From contig JBFMGO010000085.1 of NCBI GenBank assembly GCA_040752695.1, positions 1 to 26,785 on the forward strand: 26,785 bases of DNA. The letters run 5' to 3'. A program made the translations under genes and the position numbers. Source of the DNA: a bacterium (GTDB lineage Bacteria; SZUA-182; DTGQ01). Below the pieces are notes generated by a model, which did not search any database, was not told where the DNA came from, and saw only the letters and a list, made by a program, of their open reading frames with translations. Positions 1 through 9,903 of the stretch are shown here, one piece after another; positions within the stretch are counted from its first letter, which is position 1, and every line of letters starts with the position of its first letter.

Positions 1-1124
1 ATCTGTGGCAGCTTTATGCCGCTATTGTTGCAGCAGCTTATACCCGCGCTTTACTTGAGTCAATGCCTTCCCAGGAATCCAACGAGCATGAAGATATTGC
101 GGTCTACAACCAGCATAATGGAGGCCGCGAGAGATCCTTTGTAGATGAAATCTTCGCCAAAATGACCTGGCATCATCCCCTGATCCTCCTTGCCCAGGCG
201 GATATGGAACAGGAAAAGGTAATCGATGCCATTTTAGACAGGGCCAGGGAAAGCTTTGGAGCAAATAATACCTTTCGTTTTTCATTACCTTGCAGCTCGA
301 AAGCTGACCTTGAAACCTATTTTGCCTATGTTGGGAAAAGGTGTGGCTTCCCTCATTCTGTGACTGGACCCGTTCAACTCCAGGATGCCTTTACAGATCT
401 CATTTCAGCGGGGAAGCGATTATTTCTCCTTGTAGACGAGTTTGAAAACGGGCCAGAGGAAAGTTGCAGGGAATTGGCCGGCATCCTTCGAAACCTGAGC
501 GAAAAACATCATGACTATTTTAACATTGTTATGGCAGGGGGTGAAAAATTGGCTAATCTTAAATATCATCCCTCGCTAGAGCATTCACTGCTCAATAATG
601 CTGAAGTTATGGAGTGGCCTGAACTGAAGATTGAAGATGTCTTAGAAATACACCGCCTGCCTAACAATGGAGCCAGCGAAACACAGACCAGTACCAGTAA
701 TGGAACAGGCATTAATGATAATAGGACATGCATCAATAATAAAATAGACCTCAATGAGGCTAAGGCTGATTTCTTCCTTAAAATGAGCGGTGGACATCCG
801 CGCCTCCTCAGGTATTATCTGCAATTCTATAACCAACAGCCTGCCCTTAAAGAGAATGATTACTATCAAAAACTGCTTCAATATGACTTTCTCCGGCAAA
901 TTTTTCATCCATTTCTTAAGGACCGGAACAATGCTGACAGAATCCGTAAACTACTTGAAAAGGAAGAGGTCTGGCAGTACTATTTTCCTTATGTTGAAGA
1001 CCCTCTCATTCGAAAGTTATACTGGAAGAATCTAATTGTTAAGAAAATCGCTATAGGAGGAATGGTTCATTGGGTATGGCGCTGCGAGGCAATCCGTGAG
1101 GCGGGAAGACGGGTTTTGAGATGA
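1..1124 (+). CDS. Host P-loop NTPase-like protein (degenerate STAND/AAA type), probably 5'-truncated by the window edge
   Basis: Frame is open from base 3 through ATG63. Walker-B-like LFLLVDEFE, IVMAGG and SGGHPRLL (STAND-like GxP motif) are present; no intact Walker A is visible. Confidence 0.6.
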   Translation, partial: LWQLYAAIVAAAYTRALLESMPSQESNEHEDIAVYNQHNGGRERSFVDEIFAKMTWHHPLILLAQADMEQEKVIDAILDRARESFGANNTFRFSLPCSSKADLETYFAYVGKRCGFPHSVTGPVQLQDAFTDLISAGKRLFLLVDEFENGPEESCRELAGILRNLSEKHHDYFNIVMAGGEKLANLKYHPSLEHSLLNNAEVMEWPELKIEDVLEIHRLPNNGASETQTSTSNGTGINDNRTCINNKIDLNEAKADFFLKMSGGHPRLLRYYLQFYNQQPALKENDYYQKLLQYDFLRQIFHPFLKDRNNADRIRKLLEKEEVWQYYFPYVEDPLIRKLYWKNLIVKKIAIGGMVHWVWRCEAIREAGRRVLR

Positions 1125-2242
1125 AATACCCATGCGTCGAAGGGATGCAAAAGCGGGGGAGAATTCCACCCCTGCCATATTCTCATAAGGGGAGACGGAG
1201 GTATTTTCCGGCACAGGCAGGAAATTGGCTGATCGTTATATTCTGCCTTGTGCTTGTCTTGACAGGTACTGCCTGGGCTAACGATAATACGGCGTCTTCA
1301 TCCACATCCTCTTCCTCGACAGTCCTTGTACCTGAGGGTGAGATATTTCCTGAGTGGGAGAAGCTTCTCAAGAGCATTCCTAAACAAAATGGTTTTAAGG
1401 TTATTGCCTTCAGCCCGGATGGCGAAACCCTGGCCTCTGCCTCTCGTGATAACACCATACGCCTTTGGGATATTTCATCTGGCCGCCAGGTCAAAGTATT
1501 CGAGGGACATTTGGATGAAGTCAATTCAGTAGCTTTCAGCCCTGATGGCGAAACCCTGGCCTCTGCCTCTGGTAGTTCATTCAGTTCTGATAACACCATA
1601 CGCCTTTGGGAAATTGACTCTGGCCGCCAGGTCAAAGTATTTGAGGGGCATTCTAATTGGGTCAATTCAGTAGCTTTCAGCCCGGATGGCAAAATCCTGG
1701 CCTCTGCCTCTTTTGATAACACCATACGCCTTTGGGATATTTCATCTGGTTGCCAGGTCAAAGTATTTGAGGGGCATTCTGATTGGGTCAATTCAGTAGC
1801 TTTCGGCCCGAATGGTAAAACCCTTGCCACTGCCTCGTGGGATAAGATCGTGCGCCTTTGGGATATTTCATCTGGCCGCCAGGTCAAAGTGTTCGAGGGG
1901 CATTTGGATGAAGTCAATTCAGTAGCTTTCAGCCCTGATGGGAAAACCCTGGCCTCTGCCTCTGATGATAACACCGTTCGCCTTTGGGATATTGACTCTG
2001 GCCGCCAGGTCAAAGTGTTCGAGGGGCATTCTGCTCCAGTCTATTCAGTAGCATTCAGCCCGGCTGGAAAAACCCTGGCCTCTGCCTCTGGTAGTTCGTC
2101 CAGTTCTGATAACACCATACGCCTTTGGGATATTAGCGTTGGCCGCCAGGTCAAAGTATTTGAGGGGTATTCTGATTGGGTCAATTCAATAGCTTTCAGC
2201 CCGGATGGAAAAACCCTGGCCTCTGCCTCGTGGGATGGAACC
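1121..2242 (+). pseudogene. Host WD40-repeat protein with N-terminal hydrophobic segment, interrupted by the prophage insertion
   Basis: About seven GH..V.SVAFSPDGKTLASAS.D.TIRLWD repeats. The last repeat stops at ASASWDGT and the ORF ends in unrelated CQLSKC* read from the phage end (stop 2261-2263). Confidence 0.85.
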
Positions 2243-2292
2243 TGTCAATTGTCAAAATGCTAGTGCGAAAATTATCAAAATAGGTGAGAAAA
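2243..2292. repeat. Putative prophage right end with tandem transposase-binding-like sites
   Basis: Starts TGTC. AATTGTCAAAATGCTAGTGCGAAAA (2247-2271) and AATTATCAAAATAGGTGAGAAAA (2270-2292) are imperfect direct repeats about 23 bp apart, like Mu R1/R2. Confidence 0.7.
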
Positions 2293-2340
2293 AAATTGCC
2301 TGAGATGTTTTATTTTTGGAAAACCACCCCAGGCAATTTT
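2288..2340 (-). terminator. Intrinsic terminator closing the late transcript
   Basis: AAAATTGCCTG (2292-2302) / CAGGCAATTTT (2330-2340) inverted repeat. Inner mismatches become G-U pairs on the minus strand and a U tract follows. Confidence 0.65.
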
Positions 2341-2420
2341 GAGGCAGCCTTTAAATAATAGCTTTTACTGTGTATTATATGAGTAAAAATTAACGTCATT
2401 ATTACATCTGTGATGACGTT

Positions 2421-3179
2421 TTAATTGCTGATCAGCAATTCCTTCCCTTCGATCACCTTGTCTTTTGATACAGAATACTGGAGATTTACTGGTTTAATAT
2501 TGAATTGTTTAAAGGTATCCCTCATCTCTGGCCGGTCGTTGATGCTCAATATAAACTTACCCTTTATATTACCAAGCATATGAGCCAATTCCCGATAGTC
2601 TTCGATCTTGGTCATATTAAACTTATAGTACGGTGCTTTCCAGTAAGAAGGATCTAAGTAGAAGAAGGTTTCCGTGCGATCGTAATGAGCCACGAAATCC
2701 TGCCACGTCAGATTCTCGATAACTACCCTGACCAGCCTTAAATATGCATCGGAGAGCTCTTCCTCCAGACGCAAAAGGTTAATTCTCGGGCTTCTGTTTA
2801 CTTCGGTGCCGAATGTTCTGCCTTTAACACGGCCGCCGAAGCTGTGTCTCTGGCAGTAGTAATAGCGTGCAGCACGCTGGATGTCGGTAAGTCCGCCTGC
2901 CTCCTGCTGTCTTTTCCAGTCTTCGAACCATTCGCGCGAAGACAAAAGCCACTTGAATTGTTTCAGGAATTCTTCCAAGTGGTTTTGCAGAACACGGTAG
3001 AATGCGATCAAATCGCTGTCGAGGTCGTTTATGACTTCGAATTTTGACGGATCTTTCCGGAACAAAACCCATGCTGCACCTGCGAACACTTCGCAATAGG
3101 TTTGGTGTGGAGGAATCGATTTGATAATCGATTCCGCGAGCCTACTTTTGCCTCCAACATATACTAATGGGCTATTCAT
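2421..3179 (-). CDS. DNA adenine methyltransferase (Dam/D12 class)
   Basis: SPLVYVGGKSRL, YCEVFAGAAWV, EVINDL; motif IV reads YLDPSY. Confidence 0.92.
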   Translation of the reverse strand: MNSPLVYVGGKSRLAESIIKSIPPHQTYCEVFAGAAWVLFRKDPSKFEVINDLDSDLIAFYRVLQNHLEEFLKQFKWLLSSREWFEDWKRQQEAGGLTDIQRAARYYYCQRHSFGGRVKGRTFGTEVNRSPRINLLRLEEELSDAYLRLVRVVIENLTWQDFVAHYDRTETFFYLDPSYWKAPYYKFNMTKIEDYRELAHMLGNIKGKFILSINDRPEMRDTFKQFNIKPVNLQYSVSKDKVIEGKELLISN

Positions 3180-3214
3180 CCTTTTTTCTCCCCCCTATAA
3201 GTAGATAAAGTTGA

Positions 3215-6200
3215 TCACCCATGCTGTTTAGACAACAGCTCATCGTTTTTTTGCTTGAGACTATCGATCTGCTCTTTATGCAGGTCGATCTGCTCTTTAT
3301 TACGGTCGATCTGCTCTCTATTACGGTCGATCTGCTCTCTATGCAGGTCGATTTGCTCTCTATTATGGTCGATCAGGTCAGACAGCCGCCTGATAGCTCC
3401 CATACATAAGCTGATCATGGTCCTGAGCGATAGATACGGTTTATTGTCAGGGTCTTTCAGAATCTTTCCAGTTTTGTCCCTGGAAAGCAGCCATTCCGGT
3501 AGCGTATCGTCATCGATCAGTTCCATGCCGGTTTTCGGATCAAATACACCGCTCGGTTTGATGGCCTTAATCACTTCCACATCGTCAACAGGGACAATTT
3601 TTTCACCATCCTTCCGATGGTCCAGCCAGAAAAAATCTGCCACATTGTTCCAGTCATCGGCATAAGCATTATCCCAGGCTGCGGCCGCACCTCCCAGGTC
3701 GCAGGTTTTGTGATCAATAGGAGTAAATTTTGTATGCTTGAAGAGATATTGTGCGAGTGTCTGGCTTGTCTTGTCGTAGAGGGTAACGGTAATGACGGGT
3801 TCAGAATCCATTACATCGCCGTCCACTTCGATCGCTGCCCCGTTTACCGCACCTGTCCAGTCACCGCAGGCAATGAAGCCCTGTCGTTTCGCATAGAGCC
3901 GGATGTCACGAAACCGGGTGTCTTCTTCACCCCACCAGGCACCATTGATTCCGATGTGGCAATCGACGGCATTGTTCGTGTCTGGTTTAATCAGGAACCG
4001 GTTGCCGTCGGCATCCCCGCCGATCTCGACCGAATAGCTGGTGCCTGTGAATTTAACTCTGCCAGGGTCAGTATCGCTTCCTTCGAGGCTTATGTCTCCG
4101 CCTCCGCTAACGGATATTCCGCCGTCAGAATCGACTTTGACGGTCAGTTTGGCGGTTGACTGGTCCCATTTCACCCCCCTGCCATTATCGTAATCCCCGA
4201 TAATCACGTCTCCCTGGTCGGCTCCGGCGTAGACAGCCTTGAACCTCACCTGTCCGCTCGTGTTGTAGCAGGTAAGGTGTTCATTGGTGGCCTGGAACCC
4301 GCCTTGACCTGCCGGATTCGAATTCGTTGCCAGAATTCCGCCTGCACCTATCATAACGGTCTGGGTAATAACATTCGCCGTGTTTTCGCCTGCGGCCGCT
4401 GCCGTGGCGTCGGTCGGCCCCTGGTACACGGGGCTGACTCCGCGTTCGGTGTTGGCATCTCCAATGGTTATATCAGATGCCGTAACATCGTCCCAGTCGT
4501 CCAACTCATCGCTAAACTTCACGCACTCGACATCCACGCTCAAATCTTCTCTTATGAACATACGGGAAATCAGACAATCGTACGATGAGCCTTCAGCTCC
4601 GAAATTCTGGGGGCTGATGGTGATCACATCTCCTGGCTCAAGGGCAAGGATCTTGCTATTTGCTGTAAAAGTAATGGTTTTGTCCCTCAGCAGTATCCTT
4701 TGCAGAGCCAGTTTCCCGCTCTTTTGAGCTTTAATCGAATCCAGAATCCATTCCGCTTCGATGGTGGTATCGGAGCAGTCATCCGTGCTGCTCTTGACCG
4801 CCACCAGGGTTTTATTTACTTGATCAACCGGCTCATCGGATGTTTGCCAGTTCACGTATCCGGAATCTTTTTTCCTCCGGTCATAGGTCCTGCGGATCTG
4901 GAAGGAACCAGGATCGGCCATATCCTCGGTGATAGTCATCTGGCTCGTTGTAGTCAAAACCTTAAAGTTGATCTTGTCACGATAGACCGGGATCATGCCG
5001 GCCAGGGTGAACAATTTGGCAATAAACTTTTCGCGGGGCATGCGAAACCACAAAGCTATGTTCAGGCTGACTCCGCGTGCGGTAAACACGGCAGCGGCTG
5101 CAGCTCTTGAGGTATCGTCGATTTCACCCGACGGTATGCCCCAATCCTCGAATACCCATTTTGCGATGTCTGCCGGATTGGTTACGGCTGAAAGATCGCT
5201 TCTGGAGAAGCGTAACGGCATATCGTAGATCTCTTTGCCAATGATACCCCAAAAGCCATTGGCGTCATTGATTCCGTCTTTGTCGGCATCGTCACACAAA
5301 ACCTGTACGGCCCGGTAGCTTTCTCCATCTCTGCCAGTCAGAGAGTCCTGCTTGAAATCGTAATCTGCCGGCAGATAGGTTGTTTTAAAGTTGACTTCAC
5401 GGGGGGTTCGTGCCCGGTCTATGGTATAGGTTTTATCGGCAGGACCGAGCAGGTAATGATCTGTTTGAACGGAGACGAGATTACTGGTCAGCGCGCCGGA
5501 TGAGGCAGTGAGGGTGATCCGGGTAGATGGATCACCATGTCCGGGTGAAATAGACCCCATCCCTGCCAAATTTCCGACCGTCCAGTATAATGATTTATCC
5601 CCGTTAAAACCGCCATTCGTTAAAAGATTAGGGCCAAGAGACCAGTCTTCCTCTATTTTTTGTACCGCTGCATCGTCGAAAAAAGCACCATGCCCAAACG
5701 TAGAGGTCGAAACCATGAGCAAAACATACATAGTCGTCTGAGAAGCGACAACATCCATCGTCTGCAAGCCCCAACTGCTGGTGGCCTCCCAGGTATGGGT
5801 AGTTGCCCCCGCTCCTCCGGATGAGGTTGCAAACCACATAATCAGAGTAGCCTCTTCTTTCATTTTGCCGTATACCGATATTCGATATGTTTCGCCCACT
5901 TCGCAGGATACTGCCTGCCAGATGTAAGGGCTATTGCCTCCTTGATGAGACACCAAAACCCCTGAATTCAAAAGGCTGTTACTGCTTACCCATCCAGCCT
6001 TTATTCCGTCTGTACCGCAGTTTGCCAGAAGAAATTGGCCGATAGAAAATAAGGACCGCTGATCTCCTGGCACTGCAAAGGTATTGGAATCAACGTAATA
6101 TTCTACCTCCTGACGATTGATAATCCACCGCACAGGGAAAAAGGGAGTACCAAATATAAGAGGCACACATGCCCCATCATTTTTCATAATATCTGCCGGA

Positions 6201-6676
6201 AATAAATCGCAGATCAGCGATGTATTCGGATAATCGCCATCCATTTTAAGCGTGAACCAGTCCTGGCACTCCAGGGTTAAAACCTGGTCCACGGAGGTGG
6301 CCATAATCACCTGAAAGCGCCAGCTCATCAGTTCCGCCTCATCTGCACCTGCTGCGCAGACCAGGCGCACCATAATAGATGCGCCCTCGAAATCGCTGGC
6401 ATAAATTCCGCCAATATTGGAATTCTTGAAACTGGCCTGGATAGTTATCGTGGCAGGTGAGATGATGCCCAGTTCCGGATTCCCGCCGGTCAGGGTAAGC
6501 GGCGTAAAAGATATGATCCTGGCAGTATAGGTATGGCTGTCCCAGGTGCGGGTTTCGGTGGACCAGTAATAATCGACGGTGCCATCATTATCCCGGTCGA
6601 TCTCGAACAGCCAGGATGGTTTCTTGGTGCTGGCACTAATGATTGCGGTTTGGGTCGGCGTCAATCCTGTTCGCAT
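3215..6676 (-). CDS. Multidomain tail tip / host-specificity protein
   Basis: 1153 aa, last tail gene. TNPADIA and LALEPGDVITI are typical of tail-tip (gpJ-like) proteins; a galactose-binding-like insert and a C-terminal chaperone-like coiled coil are present. Confidence 0.75.
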   Translation of the reverse strand: MRTGLTPTQTAIISASTKKPSWLFEIDRDNDGTVDYYWSTETRTWDSHTYTARIISFTPLTLTGGNPELGIISPATITIQASFKNSNIGGIYASDFEGASIMVRLVCAAGADEAELMSWRFQVIMATSVDQVLTLECQDWFTLKMDGDYPNTSLICDLFPADIMKNDGACVPLIFGTPFFPVRWIINRQEVEYYVDSNTFAVPGDQRSLFSIGQFLLANCGTDGIKAGWVSSNSLLNSGVLVSHQGGNSPYIWQAVSCEVGETYRISVYGKMKEEATLIMWFATSSGGAGATTHTWEATSSWGLQTMDVVASQTTMYVLLMVSTSTFGHGAFFDDAAVQKIEEDWSLGPNLLTNGGFNGDKSLYWTVGNLAGMGSISPGHGDPSTRITLTASSGALTSNLVSVQTDHYLLGPADKTYTIDRARTPREVNFKTTYLPADYDFKQDSLTGRDGESYRAVQVLCDDADKDGINDANGFWGIIGKEIYDMPLRFSRSDLSAVTNPADIAKWVFEDWGIPSGEIDDTSRAAAAAVFTARGVSLNIALWFRMPREKFIAKLFTLAGMIPVYRDKINFKVLTTTSQMTITEDMADPGSFQIRRTYDRRKKDSGYVNWQTSDEPVDQVNKTLVAVKSSTDDCSDTTIEAEWILDSIKAQKSGKLALQRILLRDKTITFTANSKILALEPGDVITISPQNFGAEGSSYDCLISRMFIREDLSVDVECVKFSDELDDWDDVTASDITIGDANTERGVSPVYQGPTDATAAAAGENTANVITQTVMIGAGGILATNSNPAGQGGFQATNEHLTCYNTSGQVRFKAVYAGADQGDVIIGDYDNGRGVKWDQSTAKLTVKVDSDGGISVSGGGDISLEGSDTDPGRVKFTGTSYSVEIGGDADGNRFLIKPDTNNAVDCHIGINGAWWGEEDTRFRDIRLYAKRQGFIACGDWTGAVNGAAIEVDGDVMDSEPVITVTLYDKTSQTLAQYLFKHTKFTPIDHKTCDLGGAAAAWDNAYADDWNNVADFFWLDHRKDGEKIVPVDDVEVIKAIKPSGVFDPKTGMELIDDDTLPEWLLSRDKTGKILKDPDNKPYLSLRTMISLCMGAIRRLSDLIDHNREQIDLHREQIDRNREQIDRNKEQIDLHKEQIDSLKQKNDELLSKQHG
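3264..3374. repeat. 21-bp tandem repeat (5 copies plus partial) encoding IDxx(R/K)EQ heptads
   Basis: Units such as TCGATCTGCTCTTTATGCAGG and TCGATCTGCTCTCTATTACGG read directly. Confidence 0.95.
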
Positions 6677-6921
6677 TTTTCTCTCCCCTTTGCCAGCGCA
6701 TCATGAGGACGGCAGCCCCGCTGGCAGCCGATAACCTCTGCCATCTGGGCTTCTGCCACGGGGGCTTTCTGCGTCTGGTTATCGGCTACGATGGAATTCA
6801 ACTTTTGCGCTGCCCGATTCAAAAATGCCTCGATAATCCATTCATTGAGCCGGTTCCCGGCATTATCGGAGCAGAACTTTTGAAGAAAAAGGAAGAATTC
6901 CTTCTTTTGCTGGTCTGTCAT
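6661..6921 (-). CDS. Hypothetical tail-region protein (86 aa, MTDQQ start)
   Basis: ATGA overlap with the upstream stop at 6918-6921; also overlaps the start of the tail tip gene. Confidence 0.6.
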   Translation of the reverse strand: MTDQQKKEFFLFLQKFCSDNAGNRLNEWIIEAFLNRAAQKLNSIVADNQTQKAPVAEAQMAEVIGCQRGCRPHDALAKGREKCEQD

Positions 6922-7337
6922 ACTGGTTTTCTCCCCGCAACATAAAGCAAAAGGTTTGCTATCCCATAGTTTTTGTAATTCTGCATGAACGACTCCCACC
7001 GGCAATCGAACCGTACCACATAAACGTGGCTGGTCTCATACTGGGCAGGAGGCTGCCACCAGAAGGTTCTGCCCGTCCCGCACCCCTTGGCAGGATCGTG
7101 GTAGAAATCGAAGAGTGTGCTGTGGTCAGCCTCACTCAAGACCCGCCATTGCAGCTTGACCCAGAATCTCGATTGATCCGACAGGATAATCCGCTCTTCC
7201 GATCTGCCCCTGCCCCTGTGGATCTCGACTTCCTTCTCCCCGCTGATGGTGATAACGTCCTGCGGATCGACCGACAGGGTAGCCGAGTAATCAGCGGTAA
7301 CATCGGTAAGAAAATCATACATGGTCATGATTGGCAT
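6918..7337 (-). CDS. Distal tail protein (lambda gpM-like)
   Basis: Directly follows the tape measure gene; LFDFY...G.GRTFWWQPP...VVRF pattern. Confidence 0.7.
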   Translation of the reverse strand: MPIMTMYDFLTDVTADYSATLSVDPQDVITISGEKEVEIHRGRGRSEERIILSDQSRFWVKLQWRVLSEADHSTLFDFYHDPAKGCGTGRTFWWQPPAQYETSHVYVVRFDCRWESFMQNYKNYGIANLLLYVAGRKPV

Positions 7338-9901
7338 TAGACCCTGCTCCTCGTTTTCTGGACTACATCAGGATCGTCCAGGCTTTTCATTACTGTCTCC
7401 TTGATTATCTGACCGTCCACGACCATCTGAATGGTTACAGGTCCCAGAGATTCCTTGATGTCCAGCAGCATCGGGGACATCGCTTTGGCCACTTCCGTGC
7501 CGATATCGGCTGCCGTTGGCGTCAACCCCTGAGCTTCTGCCACCCAGGGCATGGCTTCGACCCCGGCCCGGATCGCTGCCACATCTTCACCATAACTCTG
7601 GCTGGTCGATTGCAGATATGGCAGCCAGGAGGATGTCATGAAATTGGCGTATTGCTGGAATTTCGAGGGGTCAGCAAAGGCATCGGTGTAGAATGAACTC
7701 TCAAGGTTCGCCATCCTGGCAATACTCTGCACCGGAGCCAAAGGCCCGGTATCAAGGCTGGCCAGGAAACTGTTGACTGGTCCCAGCACGGCGTCGGTGT
7801 TACTCTGAACTGCCGTCGTATTGAGCCCAAGTGCCTGCGTAAGACCCTGGAAGGCCGTGTTCAGAAGGTCCCAAACTGGCTCGAACCCCTGCAACGTTGT
7901 ATTCAGCTCACTAAATACCGAACCAAGATACCCTTGAGCCTGGTCAAGAGTAATATCCCCGGCCTGATATTGATCCAGTATCTCGGTAATAACCGGATGG
8001 CCGGAGCTCCCATAGAGCGGCTTGAAAATAATCGGGATAAGGTTCTGCTCGGCAAAGCTCTGGATAAGACTTTGCTCTACCGTTCCCATGATGCTCTTCT
8101 TGATATTCTGCTCGAAGGTTTGGAACGCCCCTGTTCCCAGCGAATCGGCAAACGCCTGGCCCATGCCGGTAGTGACCATGTTAAAAATGTCCGTAATCTG
8201 CTGATCGACACCGGTAAAAAATTCCGTCCAGGGCGTCTGGCTGTTCTCAGAACCCAGGGCAATTTGTCCCCGTGTAAACCAGCCCGGAACTGCCGTTTTG
8301 GCAAACTGTTCCAATTGCTGAAAAGTCTCCGGGCTGTTAAAATCTGCATCCGGATTGACTGACTGGAACAGGTCGAATATAGTGCTGGACCGTATTCCTG
8401 GCCTGCCAATAGGCGAGAAGATGGCCTGGCCAGCCATCCAATCTTCGAATGCCGCCATAGCCTCCTCTGGCGGCATGGAGGTAAACTGACCGAATTTCCA
8501 GTTCATATAATTTTGGAAAACTTCCCGGTCATTACCAAAAGCAAACATGCCTAGATTCTGGCCCAGGGTATTCATGAATAATGTCTGGATCTGCCGGTGA
8601 AACTCGGAGCCAAAGACCTCCTCAAGATTGCCCCATTCGCCAAAAACAGCCTTTATGACAGCCTGCGCGGTAGACTGATTTAAGATGCCTTTTATATCGT
8701 CTCCGATCCCATGCATACCGAACGTCCAATCGGGCATTTCCAATTCGCTATTGCCGGCAACGGTAGACAGCCGCTTAAAAAAGTCGGTCGTAGACTGCAC
8801 GAATTCCTGTGCGGCATTGAATACCTCATCGTTTTTGGCCATATGGCTCCAGGTATCAGCCACGTTTCTGACCTTACCGTCGATGACTTCCCAGAGCAGA
8901 TCGAAGGAAGGTATTTCAGGGTTTGATTTCCCTAACGCCTCCTCTAACTCACCTGATATTGCAGCAGCCATCATTCCTAATCCAAACCCACCCCCTGCGC
9001 CACCAAACGCAGTTCCAAGGCCAGCTCCTGCTGCACTCCAGGGACCGGAATACTGATACGCCAAAATACCGGCACCGATACCGGCCAGTGCTGATCCGGG
9101 GGTTATGAGGGGTTGCTGTACTATTTGATAGCCCAGGCCATTTTTGCCTGGATCGTCACCTATATACATATTGACAATATCTATACCGCTGCCTGTGCCT
9201 GCACTGCCGGCAGCGCCTCCAGCTCCGCCATAACCGAATACTCCGGACATCGAATTGATGAGCGGCATGATAAAAGGCTGGGTGACAAGCCGGTGGACCC
9301 ATCCCTCAAGAACCATTTTTACAAGGTTTTCTCCAAGATGCTTGAATGCGTCCTTATCTCCCATGATGCTATCGACGAACGTGTCGGTAAAGGAATGCCC
9401 GATAGAGGAGGAGATGGAGGCCCACTCTCTTTGTTTTGCTTCGAACGCTTCTATCGTATCTATTTGCTGTTTCAGTTTGGCATCGGTTTTATCCAAAAAT
9501 CCAAGATAACTATCAGCCAGACCATTGACGTTCGGTTTGATCGCTGTCACGATTTCATCTTGTTGCCTTAATTCGTTGTTTATCCCCTTCCAGTAGTCCA
9601 TGTAGGTTTCATACCCATGAAACCCTTCGGGATCATATGCCGGATTAGTTATTTTTTGTATCTCGTCATTGGCTTTTTTTACCGTCAGAAGACCGTAAGT
9701 GACCGCAATTTCACCGATTGTTTTTTTCAACGACGAAAACGATACCCCCAGACCTCCGGTTGTTTCCTCCAGTCCCTTCAGCTTACCCCGTGTTTCTTCG
9801 GTCTTCTTTCCGGTTTCGTCAATGGTCTGGTTAAAATTTCTGACTACTGATGAGGAGCCCTCATCAGTAGTCCTGATCCGTAGTCGTAACTCCTCGTCCA
9901 T
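7337..9901 (-). CDS. Tail tape measure protein
   Basis: 854 aa, helical with Gly/Ala-rich hydrophobic stretch; lies after the chaperone pair; C-terminal VTIQMVVDG. Confidence 0.8.
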   Translation of the reverse strand: MDEELRLRIRTTDEGSSSVVRNFNQTIDETGKKTEETRGKLKGLEETTGGLGVSFSSLKKTIGEIAVTYGLLTVKKANDEIQKITNPAYDPEGFHGYETYMDYWKGINNELRQQDEIVTAIKPNVNGLADSYLGFLDKTDAKLKQQIDTIEAFEAKQREWASISSSIGHSFTDTFVDSIMGDKDAFKHLGENLVKMVLEGWVHRLVTQPFIMPLINSMSGVFGYGGAGGAAGSAGTGSGIDIVNMYIGDDPGKNGLGYQIVQQPLITPGSALAGIGAGILAYQYSGPWSAAGAGLGTAFGGAGGGFGLGMMAAAISGELEEALGKSNPEIPSFDLLWEVIDGKVRNVADTWSHMAKNDEVFNAAQEFVQSTTDFFKRLSTVAGNSELEMPDWTFGMHGIGDDIKGILNQSTAQAVIKAVFGEWGNLEEVFGSEFHRQIQTLFMNTLGQNLGMFAFGNDREVFQNYMNWKFGQFTSMPPEEAMAAFEDWMAGQAIFSPIGRPGIRSSTIFDLFQSVNPDADFNSPETFQQLEQFAKTAVPGWFTRGQIALGSENSQTPWTEFFTGVDQQITDIFNMVTTGMGQAFADSLGTGAFQTFEQNIKKSIMGTVEQSLIQSFAEQNLIPIIFKPLYGSSGHPVITEILDQYQAGDITLDQAQGYLGSVFSELNTTLQGFEPVWDLLNTAFQGLTQALGLNTTAVQSNTDAVLGPVNSFLASLDTGPLAPVQSIARMANLESSFYTDAFADPSKFQQYANFMTSSWLPYLQSTSQSYGEDVAAIRAGVEAMPWVAEAQGLTPTAADIGTEVAKAMSPMLLDIKESLGPVTIQMVVDGQIIKETVMKSLDDPDVVQKTRSRV

Positions 9902-9903
9902 GA

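Noticed and set aside
1183..2013. 276-aa repetitive minus-strand ORF
   Set aside because: Antisense shadow of the WD40 repeats.
2392..2420. AACGTCATTA/TGATGACGTT inverted repeat after the methyltransferase stop
   Set aside because: Real but single; cannot distinguish an mRNA-end hairpin from an operator.
3264..3374. Possible CRISPR array
   Set aside because: Contiguous in-frame coding repeats without spacers; no cas genes.
3215..6676. Diversity-generating retroelement acting on the tail protein
   Set aside because: No reverse transcriptase and no template/variable repeat pair noticed in this window.
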